Below are positions 59,665 through 64,000 of a DNA stretch of 64,000 nucleotides, one piece after another. Under the pieces are notes generated by a model. It searched no databases. It was not told where the DNA came from and worked only from the letters and a program-made list of their open reading frames with translations. The stretch is from assembly GCA_043228905.1 (NCBI GenBank), contig JBHGNT010000012.1, positions 992,001 to 1,056,000 of the forward strand, written 5' to 3'. Position 1 is the first letter of the stretch, and each line of letters begins with the position of its first letter. The position numbers and the translations under genes are program-made. Source of the DNA: Azolla caroliniana (Eukaryota > Plantae > Polypodiophyta).

Positions 59665-62600
59665 TTCTTCTTCATTCACCCATATTTTTTTCTCTCTTTC
59701 TCATTTTCCTTTTCCTTTTCTCTCTCGCAAGCATTTCATGCATTTGAATAAGCAGATAACAAGTATATATGTTTATGTATCCTCTCTCTCTCTCTCTCTC
59801 AAAAGTTTCATGTATTTCAAATACACACAGGCATACGTGTTTGCACGTTTATACATATCTCGGAAGGATTTAAAAAAAATAAAATTAAGAGAACACGTCT
59901 CTGTCTCTAGAATGCTCATGTTTCTCAAATCCTCAGACCACATGGGTGTAAGAACCGTGCAGTCCTTGAACGCCACCGGTGATTGATCTTCTTATAGTCC
60001 TATATGTGGGTTGTCTCTAGTTTCCAAGCTTATTGAAGCTGATGAGATTTGCATTTTTCTGATGAAAATTTAAAATAAATGCTGAAATGTAAAAGTGGAT
60101 GGTACATTGAGGTATGATGAATATGAAGTTTCCAACAGTGTTTCGAAGGAGGATGTTTCGAAAGCAATTGACTGACAGTTGCTGTAGTTGACTTCAAATA
60201 TCATCCATTTAAAGATGGCCATTTTGGTTGCCTAACATATTAAATACATTTAGTCTCTTTAGACTTTAGAAAAAAATACAATCTCCTGTTTTTTGTTTAT
60301 ATTAATGTAGAGGAGCAACCAACTAATATATAGTTTAGACGATCACTATGCCTAATTTTAGCTTTATTTCTCTGGGCCATCATAACAGGACTCAGGAACA
60401 AGTTTTGACTCGGCGGTTGCAGCTATTAAGGTCTTAGAGGTAATTATAAGAAAAAATGCTCAAAATTAGACCATTTTATATAGAACGTAGAAGTCTACAT
60501 TCCAAAACTGAAAAAGGTAATGTTATTACTACAGGACAGTCACATCACAAATGCAGGCACAGGATCGAATCTAACAGAGGATGGAATTGTTGAATGTGAT
60601 GCAAGTATCATGGACTCGAGGACTAATGCTTATGGTGCTGTTGGAGCGGCACCTGGTACTCGTCGATCTTGAAATAAAGGCAAAAATACATAAATAAGGG
60701 CAAAACTCCAAAATGCACAATTTTTTCATTATTTCCCCAAATGCCCTTCATCAACCCCCCATCTCGAGCAATTATATGGTCCATCCATCCCCTTCTCCTC
60801 TGTCAAAGGTTGCTTGGAGCATTTTAGAAAGAAGGCGAACCTAGGGGCAGTTGGGAATTTTTCCGAAAAAATAACCCTGTAATGGAGAATGGTTCAGAAA
60901 ATAATCCCTACATTTAAGAATCTCTGATTTTCTTCTACTTAAGAGTACTATAAGTGTACAAAATTTCAAAGCAACTTCTAATCAGGATTCATGGCTTTGC
61001 GTAAACTAAACCATCCCTGCAAGTAAAAATCAGTTGTGGTTAGTAGTCAAATACAGATGCATTAAAAAAGGCAAGAAACACGATATATGTGAGCTATCCT
61101 ACCATTAATGGCATCCTGACTGACATATCTTACGTTGGTCTGTGTTAAAAAATAGTTTTTATGGTTATCAAAATGGCCTATAAAGCCAAACAAGAGATTA
61201 CATCGTAAAATGTTGTCTCATCTTTGAGACAAGCAAATCAAAATAAATTTAACCAAGTAGAAAAGTAAATAGAAATAGAATTAAGATATGACTGAAGAAT
61301 CTTGTCGTCTATATATGTAAGATTCTCAAGTCAGATAGATTATACTTTTTATCTTCAAAAGATCTCTAGTATAGGACGATCTAGAATGGAGAGGTCTCCA
61401 AAGCAAGGGGGAAGCACCTGCAATGGTGGGAGATAATGGCCTTTATTTGTCGATGACAAGGGAAGTGAGATCATGGTCCACAAGGCCGGGGATTATGTGC
61501 ATGACAAATTGCTATTGCCCGATCTATTGTAACCCCTTTGCTTTTCCTAGTGTGTAGCCCTTGATTTCCTTGTAGAACGAGGAGTGATGGGGCTAAAGGA
61601 AATTGTGACTGCTCTTTGTTGATGAGCTTGTATAGCGGCGTTGTCCAACTTCTCCCTGTTTCTCTTTGGTTTCAAGTAAGTAAAGGCCCAAGGACCATTG
61701 GTCCTCATTTACCATTGCCTTGCGTACTAGGGCAAAGCCTTGCTTAAAGAGGCAAAGTTATATTCCTCGTCTTTCATAAAAAACAAGACAATGACAAGAG
61801 TCTTAGAGGAGTGGGGACAGTGCATTTATGTTTATGCCATGTGACTCGCCCATTGTTGGGTTTCGCTATACCAACAACGAATATCTCCATGTTCAGCAAG
61901 TTGTTTTGGAGACATAAGTGTCAACTTTGAATTCTGTTGTTTAGGTATCTCCCAAAGCTGTTGGATACTGGTCACTGATCGCAATAGGGCCTCGATGATT
62001 ATTTGGCCTGCTCCAATCTCTGCCGAGATTATATCATTCAACACCAATGCTTTGCTCCTTCTCATGCAGGAAATCATCTTTCCAGTTATTTGCCTTGTAA
62101 GACGTGGTCCCTAGGTTTATACTCCATAGAGGAGTTGGTGTGACAAGTATAACAAATGGCTACAATTTTAGTTTGTGGCTCTTGGAACTGCAAATGAGCA
62201 CATTGTCTTTCAAGAACACCAAGGGCTGCATATGCATGAGAAAGTCGAGCACAAGCAGCCTCCCAAAAGGAGAACCAAGGCCTTTTGAATGTTACTCTGA
62301 GGTATGTGTGGGATCGTGTGTACGCAACCTTGTTGGTTCTCATCTTGTTATCAATGTGTACATGGTGTTAAACGGCATCATTTTAGTTAGAGAGAATCTG
62401 CTGATTGCGCATTACTAGAACAAATTTCTATGAGAACAGTATATACGTCCATGCATCTATGCACAGACATATGTGTATACACACACTTACATGTATCTCA
62501 ATGTGTGTATACATATTTATGAAATCTTAGGACCATTTCAATGATGAACTTACAGCTTTCAAATCTTAGGACCATTTGAAATTCTAAGTGTTTGTAGTGT

Positions 62601-63246
62601 TGAAATTGCAACAATATCACTGCCTCTTTGATATTTTCAGGATTGCAGAACCCTATTCAGGTTGCAGCTGCTTTGGCGAAGGAGAGTCTTAGAGGATCAT
62701 TGTCATTTGGTCGTATCCCCCCAATGTAATGAAGGTTAATGGTATTTCTATGGAATGTGCTTAATAAATTGCTCGATTTTTAGAATTCACATTTAGGAAT
62801 ATGTGAAGAAACTCATAGTGAAAAGCTTATCTGAAGCTTGCCATATGATTTCCAGTTTTTTGGTTGGTGAAGGTGCGAGGATTTGGGCAAATGCACATGG
62901 ATTAAAGACTGCTTGTGACCCTGTTAAACAAGTACAGAAGGTAATATTGATGGTGATTGTGGAGACAGTGCAGAATGAAGACCAATACGTCTCTAAAAAG
63001 TTGAATTTTTGCTATGTGTCATCATGATGTACTCATAGTTTTATGTTCATTGGAATTTTGGATGCATTCGTCTATGTACATGCACATCACAGGATTTTCC
63101 TTGTATTTCAGCTGCCATCATGATCTATGTAAGCCTGATGTAGTCCTATGATGGACCCTGTCTAGGATGGTTGGTTGGTTACTAAAAGGACATACCAACA
63201 ATGGTTGAGTTACAAGAAAATGCTCCAGATGGATTCAAGTAGTCAT
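59457..63246 (+). CDS. TASP1: Taspase-1 (threonine aspartase, asparaginase-2 family), 5' exons 59457-59597, 60389-60439, 60535-60655, 62641-62725, 62856-62940, 63166-63246; continues past the window
   Basis: [75 protein letters not shown], WLVT...QW. Splice phases are consistent. Confidence 0.92.
61700..62340 (-). mobile_element. Degenerate RTEX-like LINE fragment in taspase intron 3
   Basis: MRRSKALVLNDIISAEIG...IIIEALLRSV resembles QLRSKSTVPHDIIRAEFT...MLVEALFQLV of the 29802 ORF; frameshifted. Confidence 0.65.
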
Positions 63247-64000
63247 GTAAGTGATCTGTTCTGGCTTCAGTTTTGCGTGCAGAAATAATAATCTAGTTTG
63301 GAACTTCATGAAGTATTGTGTCTGTGGAATAAGATCATCGCATTATCCAGAATGACCTAAATGGAAATTGTTGCTGATGTTTTTTTTTCTAACCAACGGT
63401 GGATACTACCTATGTGGAATTTTCCATATTTGTATGAAATGCGAATGGAAACTGTGTGTAATTAGTAAGCATAGACTATTCTACTGTGACAAATGTACAT
63501 ATAGGATTTTGGAAGTTTGGGATTTCTGCTTTTCAGAATACAGAGGACTTGTGATGTTGCAGGGATGGTCACCCTTTCTGGCCCAGCTGTTTCTGTTGTA
63601 TGGATTCTTTAAGGTGTTGGGGCATGCCAAGACAGAAAACATGTCTTACTTTCCTTGACTATATGTCTGTGTCTTCAAGAGGAATCATCTTTGATTCATG
63701 TATACCTGTATCGACTACTCCTAATAATCAATTAAGTGAAGTAATCTTTTAATCTAAAAAAACAACACCTAGCAAGCCACATTTGTTATTGAATGCACAA
63801 TGTGATGAAGATCAGTATGCAACTTTCGTAATCTGCTCAAGGTGAAATAATGTTGCTATTTTTGAAGACAAGAAAAACATGACTTTTGAAATGTCCCCAA
63901 AGTTGAAACAAAATATTAGGAGAATAAAAATAACGAGTTTGGATATTGGATTTTCTGTCTGAAGGTGATTCCTCCAAATAAAAATGTTGAGTGCTCTGTG

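Noticed and set aside
58971-59675. 234-aa Phe/Cys-rich and 94-aa Arg/Ser-rich ORFs
   Set aside because: Alternative frames of the GAA/GCA microsatellite.
60670-60870. Mutator-like MITE remnant in taspase intron 3
   Set aside because: Motifs are suggestive, but no clear TIR pair or TSD could be read.

Overview
Eukaryotic nuclear DNA from a land plant. Spliceosomal introns, plant-type genes and Tcn1/Tf1-like and RTEX-like retroelements suggest a non-seed plant such as a fern; that lineage call is inference. Conserved genes: 3' end of an auxilin-like J-domain gene, an intronless divergent TEY MAP kinase, a HemK2/N6AMT1-type methyltransferase, PHR2, a WDR89/GTS1-like WD40 gene and the 5' part of taspase-1. 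Between the divergently oriented HemK2 and PHR2 genes (~11-46.7 kb) lies a three-copy tandem duplication of a ~4.7-kb unit. Each copy carries an almost identical 83-aa secreted, Pro-rich small-protein gene. Units 1 and 2 are swollen by nested transposons at one (CT)n tract; unit 3 keeps the empty site. Most notable signals: (i) a chromodomain Ty3/gypsy element with no tRNA PBS but a 12-nt self-priming signature, whose LTRs carry an antisense tRNA-like A/B-box cassette; (ii) a ~200-bp microsatellite-associated repeat family with two inward-facing tRNA-like Pol III promoters; (iii) a Ty1/copia element whose LTRs match closely in U3 but diverge in R-U5; (iv) the small secreted-protein array itself. 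Exon and TSD coordinates were read by hand; repeat and fragment boundaries are approximate.
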